From contig CAZLVD010000001.1 in NCBI GenBank assembly GCA_964563095.1, forward strand, positions 122,494-176,885: 54,392 bases of DNA, given 5' to 3'. How positions within the stretch are numbered: the stretch's first letter is position 1; the number at the start of each line of letters is the position of its first letter. Made by a program: the position numbers and the translations under genes. Origin of the DNA: an uncultured Rickettsiales bacterium (GTDB taxonomy: Bacteria > Pseudomonadota > Alphaproteobacteria > CAJXXZ01 > CAZLVD01). Below, one piece after another: positions 18,192 through 29,184 of this stretch. Below the pieces are notes generated by a model. That model did not search any database, was not told where the DNA came from, and saw only the letters and a program-made list of their open reading frames with translations.

Positions 18192-18317
18192 ATGCATGCG
18201 TAAATGGAATGATGTATAAACCTCTATCAATCATATATAAACCTCTATCGTTAATATATGAACATCTATATGCATGCATTTGGAATGATGTTGCTATTAT
18301 ACACCTCTATCGTTAAT
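18192..18317. repeat. Imperfect duplication of about 78 bp (atgcatgc..tggaatgatgt ... acctctatcgttaat, twice)
   Basis: Matching blocks at 18192-18255 and 18270-18317, plus taaacctctatc at 18217 and 18237. Confidence 0.6.
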
Positions 18318-18363
18318 TATTTATGTGACTAGGTTTTGAAAAGATAAAAGGTAAATAAATTTA

Positions 18364-18813
18364 TTATCTTAGAGTAACGCCAACAGCGCTAGGTAAGACT
18401 AATACTCTTAATACATCCATAGTTTGAGCGTTAGGAGTAACATATACAGTACACTTATGTGTCTTTAAATAAAACTGCTCACGAGAGGTTTTATCAATAT
18501 GAGGGCTACGGTTTACTGTAATTAACTTAGTACGTACAGGCATTGGCATGATAGCTTTGATATCTGAACCTGATGATTTTAATGTATTGAGTAAATGACG
18601 TAATCCGCATCTTAAAGCATCTTTATCATAAGATCTCAAAACTATTTGAATGTATGATTTATTGTTTTCTAATTTAATTGCAGAACGTACAGCAACTTTT
18701 TTCTTAGGCTGACCTTCAGATTTTTTCTTAGCATGAACATTAGATGATTGTTTATTTTCTACCTGTTCCTTAATAATCTTTTCAGTGCTTTTAATTTCTT
18801 GATTTGCAGTCAC
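18364..18813 (-). CDS. rpsJ: 30S ribosomal protein S10 with a Lys-rich N-terminal extension of about 50 aa
   Basis: The core IQIVLRSYDKDAL...MPMPVRTKLITVNRSPHIDKTSREQF matches S10. GTG start lies 5 nt after AGGAG. It stands alone, with no rplC downstream. Confidence 0.85.
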   Translation of the reverse strand: MTANQEIKSTEKIIKEQVENKQSSNVHAKKKSEGQPKKKVAVRSAIKLENNKSYIQIVLRSYDKDALRCGLRHLLNTLKSSGSDIKAIMPMPVRTKLITVNRSPHIDKTSREQFYLKTHKCTVYVTPNAQTMDVLRVLVLPSAVGVTLR

Positions 18814-18910
18814 AAAATCTCCTGTAAATAATATATATGAAATACCTCAGTCTTGCAAGTCCAATTAAGCAATTTCATACAAATTCATATGTTTTTTCAT
18901 GAAATATTCA

Positions 18911-19336
18911 TTAAATTTTGCTTTCATTCCAGATAGTATTTGTTTTTATATAACATATATTTTTATGCTGCTTAAGTTGTGTGATTATATCTATATTGTT
19001 TATGTGACAGAAGAATATATTGTTAGTCTCAATCTGATTTGTGATACAATCTACATAGATACATGTCGAAGCATGATTAAGATTATCTTGATCGTATGTG
19101 GTTAAGAAAATAGTCTGACGATTATACCATTCTTGGATACTTAAATTAGATGGATGTGCGTCTTGAATAATAGCATGAGGTAAAAAGACTCGTTGATTCC
19201 ATAAGATTTTTGAATATTCTTCAACATACTGTTGATCTTTAAATTTGATACAGAGTTTTATTCCCTTGATATACAGCTGTTTGATAAAAAGTATAAGATC
19301 TTCTTGTAATGTATTTGAAAGATATATTTTAATCAT
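18911..19336 (-). CDS. holC: Probable DNA polymerase III chi subunit
   Basis: 141 aa. LWNQRVFLPHAI resembles the HolC LW...FlPH motif. Size and N-terminal beta-alpha pattern are compatible. Confidence 0.45.
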   Translation of the reverse strand: MIKIYLSNTLQEDLILFIKQLYIKGIKLCIKFKDQQYVEEYSKILWNQRVFLPHAIIQDAHPSNLSIQEWYNRQTIFLTTYDQDNLNHASTCIYVDCITNQIETNNIFFCHINNIDIITQLKQHKNICYIKTNTIWNESKI

Positions 19337-19453
19337 GATTTATTATACTTGTGATCAAGTGATAAGTATAGATAAATTCTGCATCAGAAGTATTATTTAC
19401 GTCTTGATATATGCTATCTTGTGAATGTCTTCTATATCAGTCATTTGAGACGG

Positions 19454-19583
19454 CTACATCACGAGCATATTATACATAACATACAATACTCGAATATCCA
19501 GAGGATACAATGAATATCAGTAATCTTAGATAGTTACATCACGAGCATATTGTACATAACATACAACACTCGAATATCCAGAA
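19454..19583. repeat. Direct repeat of about 50 bp, two copies 80 bp apart (tacatcacgagcatatt[a/g]tacataacatacaa[t/c]actcgaatatccaga)
   Basis: Copies at 19454-19503 and 19534-19583, read directly. Confidence 0.8.
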
Positions 19584-19756
19584 GAGATAATACTCGAATA
19601 CATATAAAAATACTATATCATACAATATCAGCAACTTTATCCAATTATATCAAAATTTAATATCGTTCTAAGTATGAAAGCTAACGTATGACAATATATG
19701 ATATCATTTCATGAGAGCATCAGTATTTTGTTACGAATAAATTAAAAGAAAACAAA

Positions 19757-20392
19757 TTAAGCAGCAATTGTAGCATGTTCGCGTGTTTTTACGAAAGGTC
19801 TCAATGCTAATAATACAGCCTTCGCAACGTTATGAGGATTACGTGAACCGTAAATCTTAGATACTACATCTAATGCTTCTCCTCCGAGACATTCCATCAT
19901 GCTTTTAATGATTTTACCAGCAACTATTCCACGACCTACTTTAGCTTTACGAATAATGACTGTTGTGGCGCAATAATGACCAGATACATCATGGATCATT
20001 GTTCTACTGTCCGCTAATTGAATAGTCTGCATGTATTTCTTAGCTTTTGTAGTTGCTTGCTCTACAGCCATATTCACTTCTGCAGCATTACCAGTGCCGA
20101 TACCAATTCTGCCTTTCGCATCACCTAACGCTACCAATACTGAAAAGCTCATTCTCTTACCACCATCACGAACTTTTGCTACTCTACGCACTGATAAAAT
20201 TGCACGTTTGATAGAATCTTTCGCTTGTCCTTCTGATCTTTTATTAAAAGGTCTATCTTTAGAGTATTGCGCATCACGTCTAAAGCCAGTACCTCTATTT
20301 TCAGCAGATTCTCTTTGTTCTGTATTTTCACGTGTTTTAACGGTAGTCTGTGCTTCTTCAGTTGTATGCTTCTTTGTATTTTCTAATACCAT
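19757..20392 (-). CDS. rpsE: 30S ribosomal protein S5 with an N-terminal extension of about 50 aa
   Basis: The core VRRVAKVRDGGKRMSFSVLVALGDAKGRIGIGTGNAAEV...GSRNPHNVAKA matches S5. GGAG SD precedes the ATG. It stands alone. Confidence 0.9.
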   Translation of the reverse strand: MVLENTKKHTTEEAQTTVKTRENTEQRESAENRGTGFRRDAQYSKDRPFNKRSEGQAKDSIKRAILSVRRVAKVRDGGKRMSFSVLVALGDAKGRIGIGTGNAAEVNMAVEQATTKAKKYMQTIQLADSRTMIHDVSGHYCATTVIIRKAKVGRGIVAGKIIKSMMECLGGEALDVVSKIYGSRNPHNVAKAVLLALRPFVKTREHATIAA

Positions 20393-20516
20393 ATTTTCTC
20401 CGAACTATGAGTAGTATATAATATTTGCAAGTTTTATCAAGTTGTTTTTATGCTAGTTATATCAAAACTTATCAGATAATATATGTACTTAGATTGCTAA
20501 TTTGCTATAATGTGCT

Positions 20517-22907
20517 ATGAAATTTTCAAGATTATGTTTAAAAAAATATTTAGAGTGCAATGTGAGCAGTGAAAAAATTGCAGAAACACTCACTCAAATA
20601 GGTTTTCCTACAGAAATTTTAACTATCAAATCAAAAGGTCTAGAAACTTTACATATAGCTCATATCATTGATAAAAAAGCATTTGTAAATGATTTAAATA
20701 TTCTTACAGTAGAATATATACACGAGGACAGTATACGTGTAATAGAAGTTGTATGTGGTGATATAGCAATGAATATAGATGATTATGCATGTATGATTCT
20801 GATAGATGAGATATTGCCAAGTACAGGTAAGAAATTAAAGAGTAGAGAGATATACGGTAGAGTTAGTCCAGGTATGTTATGTAGTGCTGAGGAATTGGGT
20901 ATATCTAGCAATTATGATGGAGTATATAAACTTCAACCATGTGCGTTATCTGCCAATATAATAGATTGCATTTATCCGGCGGGAGATATTTTTGATTGTG
21001 AAGTTACATATAATCGCGGGGATTTATTAAGTGTAATAGGTATAGCTAGAGAATTAGCTGCGGCTGGACTTGGTGTATTAAAAAATATGCCTATAACTCA
21101 ATTTGAGAATAAACCATCTACAATTATGATGAATAATGCTGATCAATATATTCGTGGAGCTATGTTGTGTAAATATACTGTAGGTAATCTGAATCAGCAT
21201 GATAGTATTTTCTTACAGCAAATCTCTCAAGCTACAGGAGTATTTTTAGTTGATATAGCAAATGATGTAGTGCATGAAATAGGTCAGCCACTGCATGTAT
21301 ATGATGCAGATAAGATATCTGGACAATTACGTTTTGAGATAACGCAGACAGAAGAGCTTTTTGATGGATTAAATGGTCAACAGTATAAAATTCCTGCTGG
21401 GATCTTAGTTGCTCGGGATGATATTGGTATTATAAGTATAGTAGGTATGCTTGGAGGAGCACGTACTGCATGCTCTTATGATACTAAAAATATTTTACTA
21501 GAAGCTGTAAATATTAGTGCCGAATATATGTCTATGTGTATGAATATATTGAAAATCAATACAAAAAGTGCGCAATTATTCCTTCATGAGATTGATACTC
21601 AAGCTTTACATCAGGCTGTGACATGTTTTAATGTTAAATTAAATACAACTGGAGAAATTTTATACTGCAAGCAATATAATCCTGCATTGAATATTATTTC
21701 ATTAGATATGACTTTAGCAAAAAAAGTTTGTGGTGAATTATGGAATCAAGAATTATTTGAGCAAAGATTGTATGTATTAGGATTTATGTTGAAAAATAAA
21801 ACTGAAAAGCTGCAACAATATCTGATTCCTAGTTATCGTTTCGATATCGACTGTCCTCATGTATTGATAGCTGAATATTTACGTATGTCTGACTATAATA
21901 CAATAGCATGTGCATCTATGATTATCGATCAAAAGTTTACAGATGTGCGACATGAGATGTTGAAACGTATTCGAGCATTTCTTGCAATACAATTACATGA
22001 AATTATTACATATAAATCAGTATCAGAAATGGATAAAAATAGATGTACAGCATTACGTATGATTAATCCTATGAGTGGTGTGCATTATATGCGTAAGAAT
22101 GTATTGCCAAGTGTCTTAGATTGCTATATCGAACAGAATAATAAGGGTAGGATATGTAATGGTATGTTTGAAATTAGTGATGGTTTTGAAGTAAATAGTC
22201 ACGATGGTTTTGCAGTCAATAATAACGCAATGCATGCAAATATAGATATAATAAAATTGAAACATGAAGATATATATCAAACTATGTACATTGCAGCTAT
22301 TATACAGAATTCTGATAAAAACTTTACGCTAACATCTGTACAGATATATGTCCAGCAATTGCTTGTGTGTATCGGTATTGATATCTCTCATTTGAGTTAC
22401 ATGACTATTGCTGATTCAGAAATGATAGAAATCGAGCATAGTAAGCATCAAAAACAATATGTAAATAAATCAGATTCGCTATGGTTAATGCAAACTGATG
22501 TATGTGCCTATTTATATTGGAAGAAGATTAAGATAGGTACAATAGGAGCTATACAAGATCAGAATGGAGTATATGGTTTTGAGATTAATTTAGATACATT
22601 ACTTGAAAAATGCCATAAAACAGCTACTGCAACATACATGGATTATCAATATATATATACTAAAGATTTTTCTATTAAATTAAAAGCAACCAGTAAAGCG
22701 AATGAGCTTTTGAAAGCCGCTCAGAAAATTACATTTAATGATTGCAAACTTGTATGGAATATCTTTGATGTATATCCTGAAAGTCGAATGATAGAGCGCA
22801 ACGTTGGTATTAGAGCTCAGATATGTAGCATGCATGCTATTTCGAATGATGATATGAGTAAATGGTACAATGATGTATTACAAGCTTTGAATACATATGC
22901 TGAATAA
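20517..22907 (+). CDS. pheT: Phenylalanyl-tRNA synthetase beta subunit
   Basis: 796 aa. N-terminal MKFS..L..YL and tRNA-binding-domain pattern, B3/4 and B5 region (YNRGDLLSVIGIAREL). No pheS is adjacent. Confidence 0.8.
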   Translation: MKFSRLCLKKYLECNVSSEKIAETLTQIGFPTEILTIKSKGLETLHIAHIIDKKAFVNDLNILTVEYIHEDSIRVIEVVCGDIAMNIDDYACMILIDEILPSTGKKLKSREIYGRVSPGMLCSAEELGISSNYDGVYKLQPCALSANIIDCIYPAGDIFDCEVTYNRGDLLSVIGIARELAAAGLGVLKNMPITQFENKPSTIMMNNADQYIRGAMLCKYTVGNLNQHDSIFLQQISQATGVFLVDIANDVVHEIGQPLHVYDADKISGQLRFEITQTEELFDGLNGQQYKIPAGILVARDDIGIISIVGMLGGARTACSYDTKNILLEAVNISAEYMSMCMNILKINTKSAQLFLHEIDTQALHQAVTCFNVKLNTTGEILYCKQYNPALNIISLDMTLAKKVCGELWNQELFEQRLYVLGFMLKNKTEKLQQYLIPSYRFDIDCPHVLIAEYLRMSDYNTIACASMIIDQKFTDVRHEMLKRIRAFLAIQLHEIITYKSVSEMDKNRCTALRMINPMSGVHYMRKNVLPSVLDCYIEQNNKGRICNGMFEISDGFEVNSHDGFAVNNNAMHANIDIIKLKHEDIYQTMYIAAIIQNSDKNFTLTSVQIYVQQLLVCIGIDISHLSYMTIADSEMIEIEHSKHQKQYVNKSDSLWLMQTDVCAYLYWKKIKIGTIGAIQDQNGVYGFEINLDTLLEKCHKTATATYMDYQYIYTKDFSIKLKATSKANELLKAAQKITFNDCKLVWNIFDVYPESRMIERNVGIRAQICSMHAISNDDMSKWYNDVLQALNTYAE

Positions 22908-23083
22908 TGTTATGATTATGCGAATGAAAAATACATAATGATTGAGTGTAATAATATATGATATATGTGTACTGAGATTTAATATAATCGTTGTTATTAT
23001 TTATTATAAATAATTTGCAAAATATGTATGATAAAAATGCAGCATAGATGTCTAGTAAAGCATGTAAATGAATGTACGTGAGC

Positions 23084-24373
23084 TTATCTCTTAAAATATT
23101 GCATCAATGATAGTATATCGGATGATAATTGTACATAACATGCTATACCAAAGAATATACCTGCTGCAAAATATAATACTACAGGATATATACGTTTTTG
23201 ATTATGATATCTGATTGCTCTATAGGACATGTATAAAGGTATTAATCCAAAAGCTATTGAATCACCATATCCGCCAGTACTTGCAAATACCCATAAAAAT
23301 ATATCTTCACAAGTTAAACAAATAATCGCTACAGGTACAAAGATTAATAATTGTATCAAAGTCGTTTTATCTGAATCTTTTGTAAATACATCTATCCAAT
23401 AATCTCGTAAACTCATGAAAATTGACATGAATGATGTAAGCATTGTGATAAAGATAAATATATTACCTAATATGTTTGTCATTGGAGAGTGCATGATGAT
23501 TGATGTAATAGGTGCTGATTTAGTAAAAGCTATATAAATACTTTCTATTGGATTTGCTCCGATATTAATAACATACCAGATCAGATATATCAAACAATTG
23601 ATAGATGTACCTATGATAATTGCTTGACGTAATTGCACTTTATTTCCTTCTAGCATATTTGCCATACTTGGTATCATAAGTTGAAAACTGAAGGTTGTGA
23701 GCAATACGGGGAATGCGTTTATCAGAGCATGATATGTTGTATAAAATAAATTAGCACTACTAAACGACATTATAGTCATCATGCTAAAGATTATATATAA
23801 AGCTATGGTAGGGAAAAATAATATATTATTTACTGAGCACAATTCTTGATTTTGACTTCTGCAGAGAGTATATGTATAAAAAATCAGAGCTAATAATCTA
23901 CTTAAAGCACTTTGATAACACATACCAGATGCTAATAAAATTGCAATACAGAGTATATATATTAGATTTTCACGTATAGAGTTTTTCTTTCTAAATATAC
24001 AATCAACAATAAACAATAATAAAAAGAATATATCAACCGCATAAGTAATAATATGTGCGCTATGTAGCATACCTGATAAATATCCAACTAATGATCCATA
24101 ACAGATGAATAGAAATGAGAATAGAGTGAGGTGTTGAAGAAATTTTGGTAGTAACTTTTCAGTCAATGAAAAAAAATGTATATTTTCATGATAAAATTCA
24201 CATGATAGATCGCCTATAAGTAAGCCGGAGAATGTTGAAAAGAACCATGTTAAAATGATAGCTAATGCTCCTGGCATAAATCCACTTAAACCTGTAGCGA
24301 TAGGAAAGGAGAATAATCCTGCTCCTATAGCACATGCTGGAATCAGTAACATTACAGTAAAAAATGATGACAT
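23084..24373 (-). CDS. Amino acid permease, hydroxy/aromatic amino acid (Trp/Tyr permease-like) family
   Basis: 429 aa with about 11 hydrophobic segments. The N-terminus CAIGAGLFSFPIATGLSGF resembles the Trp_Tyr_perm signature. Confidence 0.65.
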   Translation of the reverse strand: MSSFFTVMLLIPACAIGAGLFSFPIATGLSGFMPGALAIILTWFFSTFSGLLIGDLSCEFYHENIHFFSLTEKLLPKFLQHLTLFSFLFICYGSLVGYLSGMLHSAHIITYAVDIFFLLLFIVDCIFRKKNSIRENLIYILCIAILLASGMCYQSALSRLLALIFYTYTLCRSQNQELCSVNNILFFPTIALYIIFSMMTIMSFSSANLFYTTYHALINAFPVLLTTFSFQLMIPSMANMLEGNKVQLRQAIIIGTSINCLIYLIWYVINIGANPIESIYIAFTKSAPITSIIMHSPMTNILGNIFIFITMLTSFMSIFMSLRDYWIDVFTKDSDKTTLIQLLIFVPVAIICLTCEDIFLWVFASTGGYGDSIAFGLIPLYMSYRAIRYHNQKRIYPVVLYFAAGIFFGIACYVQLSSDILSLMQYFKR

Positions 24374-24459
24374 GCAAAATTATAGCATATTTTTAACTCA
24401 AAAATCATTACAAACAAAAAACATTATAACATATACATATGTGAGTATATGAGCATTTA

Positions 24460-25758
24460 TTATTTATGTTGATGATGCTGATAATGTTTACGATAATAGA
24501 GAGTCATTAAAATTAGATATAGTAATAATCCTACGAGTATAGCTCCAAATTGATATGTCACTATTGTATTATTTACTCTAGAACCATAAATGATAGTTCC
24601 GCATGATAAGAAACCAATGAGCGTATATAATTTTTTACCACCAGTAATACCATGTATGATTACGCTAAATCCATATACTAAAGCAACTAGAAATACCTCA
24701 ACATAAGTTAATGTTTCACGAATTTGCATCTGCATTGATATCGGAGATAGATAATGTACAGCTAATAATATTGATACAGCACATGCTGTTATAAAGCCAG
24801 CCTTGACAGGATATTCGCTATTATTTGTTTGAGATAATGACTGAGGCATGAATGATGCTACTGTACTGTTTTTTAACAAGAATGCAGAGCACATTAAGCA
24901 TCCATGTAAGCTACCTAAGCAACATATTACAGCTAATCCTGCTACTAACTTAGATCCCATAGGTCCAATTAATCTCAATGCCGCATTGCCTAAAGGAGTA
25001 CTGCTTGTAATTAATTCATTATAAGGCACTACTGATACAACTACTGAATATGTAAGTACATATATGATGGTAGCTATAACTGCTCCAGTAAATGTAGCCA
25101 GAGGCACTATTTTATCTTTGTTTTCTACATCTTGTCCTGGCAATGTAGCACTTTCAATACCTATAAATGCGAACATAGCTAAAGCTAATGAGCTTAATAA
25201 CATACTAAATGATCCGCTGTATGTATTATGTACTGTACTTAATGCTGTCCAGTTTAATTTAGCAATACCACTTAAGCTGATTAATAATAAAATTGCAACT
25301 TTAATTACGCTTAGACCTATTAAAAGACCGATAGATGCAAATGCATATTTTGATTGTAATAATAATACTAACCATGTGAATGCTAATGCTATTGGAAATG
25401 TATAGAATGTAGAGATGCCCAATAATGATATCAAATAACTGGATAATGTAATGGCTATTAATGCAGTACCGATAGTCATACCTATCCAATGCCACCAAGA
25501 TATCATAAAGCCTGCACGTTCACCTATATATTTATTAGCGAATGATGCTGGATCTTTACAATCAGGATTATTCTTAATTAGATAACTGAAAATAAAAGCT
25601 AAGTTTAATGCTGATAATCCTGCTATAATCCATGCGTATAGGCTATATACGCCGTAATGTGCCATGGATGCTGGTAACATTAAGATACCTGCACCAATCA
25701 TGACTCCTATAATGAGAGATAATAACGATTTAAATCCCATTTTGTTAGATTGTGTCAT
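24460..25758 (-). CDS. APC-superfamily amino acid/polyamine transporter
   Basis: 432 aa with about 12 TM segments. N-terminal SLIIGVMIGAGILMLPASMA is typical of APC/APA antiporters. His-rich C-terminal end (HYQHHQHK). Confidence 0.7.
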   Translation of the reverse strand: MTQSNKMGFKSLLSLIIGVMIGAGILMLPASMAHYGVYSLYAWIIAGLSALNLAFIFSYLIKNNPDCKDPASFANKYIGERAGFMISWWHWIGMTIGTALIAITLSSYLISLLGISTFYTFPIALAFTWLVLLLQSKYAFASIGLLIGLSVIKVAILLLISLSGIAKLNWTALSTVHNTYSGSFSMLLSSLALAMFAFIGIESATLPGQDVENKDKIVPLATFTGAVIATIIYVLTYSVVVSVVPYNELITSSTPLGNAALRLIGPMGSKLVAGLAVICCLGSLHGCLMCSAFLLKNSTVASFMPQSLSQTNNSEYPVKAGFITACAVSILLAVHYLSPISMQMQIRETLTYVEVFLVALVYGFSVIIHGITGGKKLYTLIGFLSCGTIIYGSRVNNTIVTYQFGAILVGLLLYLILMTLYYRKHYQHHQHK

Positions 25759-25941
25759 AAAAAATCCTTATTGGATCATGTCATATTTTATATAAAAAAG
25801 CAAGAGATCTTGATAGATAGCGTATCTTATCATTATACGTATAATCTGAAGTTGTTTACTGTAGAGCTATATATTGAACGGATAGCACAGCAATTCTTAT
25901 ATATAGATTTGAAATAATCTCTTATTTTGATACACTGCAAT

Positions 25942-27057
25942 ATGAATTTTAATATTCCTAATGCGCTTTTAATTGAGACTATGCCATTTTTGAAGGAATT
26001 ATGCTCTTTGAAGAACGCTACTATACAAATGCAAATTGATAATCAAATATTACGTATGTTTAGTGAGGATGCTGATAGATTTCTAGAAATTAATTTACCG
26101 ATACAGTCTAATATATCGACGAATGTGATGGCATTTGATGCGAATACTATAGTAGATGTGATTAAGAAAACAGATAAAAAAGAAACGTGGAATATTGAAT
26201 TATCTACTGCAGATAATGTATCTATTTGGAAAAATAGTACAGCTCAGATTAAGTTAACCAGTCACAATATTGATGAGATAGCAAAATCCAAGCAAGATGC
26301 AATACATAGGTTCCAGATTGATCCAGTGAAAATCAAAGAAGGTATGAAAATGGTGAGTTTTGCTGTTAGTCAGAGTGAGATCAATCCTATTTTAACTGGT
26401 ATTCTATTTAAAATTTTTCCTGAGAAAATTGAATTAGTAGCATGTGATAATTTTCGTTTAGCTGTCTATCGATATGAAGCTGCATTTAGTACTCATTACG
26501 ATACTGTATTACCTTTGAAGACTATCAATTTACTAAATACTATGCTACAGCATCAACATGCGACACTGGAAATGCATTGTTATGATAATAAGATTACTTT
26601 TCACGGTACATTTACAGTGAATGAGCAGACTATACGCTGGAATATGGATTCATCCATGATATTAGGTGCCTTCCCTCGTTATGAAGCTATTATAGATCAA
26701 CGATCGAGCTCATATATGACAGTTAATGCGTATAATTTATATAAAACTATCGATCAGGTATCTGTCATTTCCAAAGATACATCAATTGTAAATATAGAAA
26801 CTAAAGATAATGAACTTGTTATTAAAGCTACAAGTGTTATGCATGGTGAGTATATTAATAAAATACCTATGCATTCTAAACTAGATAATATATATAATAT
26901 AGATTTTCGTACACATCTCATCAATGGTTTATTACGTACTTTTGATAGAAATGATATCAATATGCATATTTCAGCTACATCTAAGTTGATTATGTGTTCA
27001 ATGACTAATTCAGATTTACAATTTTATGCAGGTATAGTGCCATTGCAGAGATATTAA
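25942..27057 (+). CDS. dnaN: DNA polymerase III beta sliding clamp
   Basis: About 371 aa from MNFNIPNALL. Three-domain length and the pattern INPILTGILFKI...ELVACDNFRLAV are typical of DnaN. No dnaA is upstream. Confidence 0.8.
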   Translation: MNFNIPNALLIETMPFLKELCSLKNATIQMQIDNQILRMFSEDADRFLEINLPIQSNISTNVMAFDANTIVDVIKKTDKKETWNIELSTADNVSIWKNSTAQIKLTSHNIDEIAKSKQDAIHRFQIDPVKIKEGMKMVSFAVSQSEINPILTGILFKIFPEKIELVACDNFRLAVYRYEAAFSTHYDTVLPLKTINLLNTMLQHQHATLEMHCYDNKITFHGTFTVNEQTIRWNMDSSMILGAFPRYEAIIDQRSSSYMTVNAYNLYKTIDQVSVISKDTSIVNIETKDNELVIKATSVMHGEYINKIPMHSKLDNIYNIDFRTHLINGLLRTFDRNDINMHISATSKLIMCSMTNSDLQFYAGIVPLQRY

Positions 27058-27292
27058 TCATTTAAGATTCGATGAGATAGAAATAAATTGACAGAGTAAG
27101 TCAGATATGATATATCATGTGAATGAATCTACATATAGAATTTGCAGTTTTTGGATACTATCTAATGCATTTATCATTGAAGTTTGCTATGTATGGAGTG
27201 TGTATATATTATTCTAAAATATAATTCTCTTAATGTGTTTATAAGTTAAAATGTAATGCCATTAGTTTATTATTTAAATTTAAGGTTTGATT

Positions 27293-28486
27293 TTATGTAT
27301 TATGTTTGGATACAAATTCTTTCTTTTCATCATTATAATCTATTTCAACTTCAGTAATATCTTTTTGAGATGGTAAATTATACATATCTTCTAGTAATAT
27401 ATTGGAGATAATGCTATTAAGTGCTCTTGCTCCAAAACCTTGTGTAGAGCTTATACGAGCAATTTCATATATAGCTTTTTCTGAGAATTTCAGATTAATA
27501 TTATCAAACTTAAAATACATACGATAGTGATCAATCAGAGAATTCTTTGTCTTAGTTAAAATATCAATCATATGTTCTAATGTAATGGTATGTAGAGCTA
27601 CTACAATAGGTATACGTCCGATCAATTCAGGGATTAAACCAAATTTTTGCAAATCCTTTGGAGTTACCTGAGATAAATCAACATTATTCTGTGTTTTACT
27701 TGTAATTTGATGTAATTGCAATTTTGAAGCATTACTCTTAGAAGCTAAAATGTTTTCCAATCCTTCAAAAGCTCCTCCGCATATAAAGAGAATATTAGTA
27801 GTATTGACAGAAATACCTTCTTGTTGCGGATGTTTACGAGAGCCATTCATTGGAATATTAGCCGTAGTACCTTCTATAAGTTTCAAGAGAGCTTGCTGTA
27901 CTCCTTCTCCTGATACATCACGCGTAATGGATGGATTTTCTGATTTACGAGCTAATTTATCAATTTCATCTATATATATGATACCGTATTGAGCGCGTTC
28001 TACATTATAATTAGCATTAATCAAAAGTTTATGTATGATATTTTCTACATCTTCACCTACATATCCTGCTTCAGTAAGTGTAGTGGCATCGGCTATAGCA
28101 AATGGTACGTCTAAAATATTTGCTAATGTTTTTGCCAATAATGTTTTACCAGATCCTGTTGGTCCCACAAGTAATATATTATTTTTCTGCAATATTTTTG
28201 TTTCACCTGATTGATATGATAATAACCGTTTATAATGATTATAGATAGCTACCGATAATACTTTTTTAGCTTGATGCTGACCAACTATATAATTATCTAA
28301 TTCTTGCATAATTTCATGTGGCTTAAGTATATTAAAATGATTTTTCGAGAAATCAGTTTGTTTATTTTTAGCTATTGCTTTTTCGCATAATATTACACAT
28401 TCATTACATATAAAAGAATCTTGTCCGGCTATAAGAGTTACTACTTCTTTTTCAGTCTTACCGCAAAAGGAACATTTAATATCCAT
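27293..28486 (-). CDS. clpX: ATP-dependent Clp protease ATPase subunit ClpX
   Basis: Zn-binding CSFCGK...CNEC, Walker A GPTGSGKT, Walker [10 protein letters not shown], and sensor regions. Confidence 0.95.
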   Translation of the reverse strand: MDIKCSFCGKTEKEVVTLIAGQDSFICNECVILCEKAIAKNKQTDFSKNHFNILKPHEIMQELDNYIVGQHQAKKVLSVAIYNHYKRLLSYQSGETKILQKNNILLVGPTGSGKTLLAKTLANILDVPFAIADATTLTEAGYVGEDVENIIHKLLINANYNVERAQYGIIYIDEIDKLARKSENPSITRDVSGEGVQQALLKLIEGTTANIPMNGSRKHPQQEGISVNTTNILFICGGAFEGLENILASKSNASKLQLHQITSKTQNNVDLSQVTPKDLQKFGLIPELIGRIPIVVALHTITLEHMIDILTKTKNSLIDHYRMYFKFDNINLKFSEKAIYEIARISSTQGFGARALNSIISNILLEDMYNLPSQKDITEVEIDYNDEKKEFVSKHNT

Positions 28487-28627
28487 AATCTATGATACCA
28501 TAAGAAATAAAGAAAAGATTATTTTTTGATAAGATTTTATATAGATATCTATAAGATGCTCTTTTGTCATATTTTCAATCAATTGAATCAATTTTTAATT
28601 CTGAAGTGAATTTTTATTGTATTTAGT

Positions 28628-29053
28628 TTATTCGAATACTGTATTATTCAACGCTGAGAGACTATCAGATACATCATCTTCTACATCATCATACATATCT
28701 GTTTCGATATCAAAATCCATACTATCCATACGTTCTAATAATGTATCTAGAGTAGTATGTGTATTATCGTATTCATTCACTGATAAACTACCGCTTAAAA
28801 TTTCCATGGTAGCTACACATGATAATTTTTCATTCTTAAAATTGATTTTTGCAGGAGTGCCTACATGTAATGCTTTTGTTCTACTAGCTGAATGAATGAT
28901 CAACGCAAATTCATTATCTGGAGAATATTTACCAATATAATCATGAGTGAAAAGTAAAGAGTTTGTTGTTACAGCTTTTACAGGTTCTATAATATCATGT
29001 TCGGATGCGATCGTGGTATTTTCATTATAAATAATCTTAGACATATTAGACAT
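28628..29053 (-). CDS. Hypothetical protein (141 aa) with a strongly acidic C-terminal tail, directly upstream of clpX
   Basis: Intact ORF with tail DSMDFDIETDMYDDVEDDVSDS. I recognise no family. Confidence 0.45.
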   Translation of the reverse strand: MSNMSKIIYNENTTIASEHDIIEPVKAVTTNSLLFTHDYIGKYSPDNEFALIIHSASRTKALHVGTPAKINFKNEKLSCVATMEILSGSLSVNEYDNTHTTLDTLLERMDSMDFDIETDMYDDVEDDVSDSLSALNNTVFE

Positions 29054-29184
29054 AATGCATTATAGCGATTTTGATTACATTTTTTAAGAGGTATTTATTA
29101 AAAAAAGACAATATTTTTTATTTAGTGAAAAATTAGATGAGAAATATCGTTGATTTTACAATTATTTATGTTACTCTCTTATTA

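Noticed and set aside
25759-25941. Replication origin upstream of dnaN
   Set aside because: dnaA is not adjacent and I could not find a cluster of TTATCCACA-like boxes in this 180-bp spacer. Only isolated one- or two-mismatch matches occur, elsewhere (tgcggataa near 6668 and ttatccaat near 19637). An oriC call would need genome-wide skew analysis.
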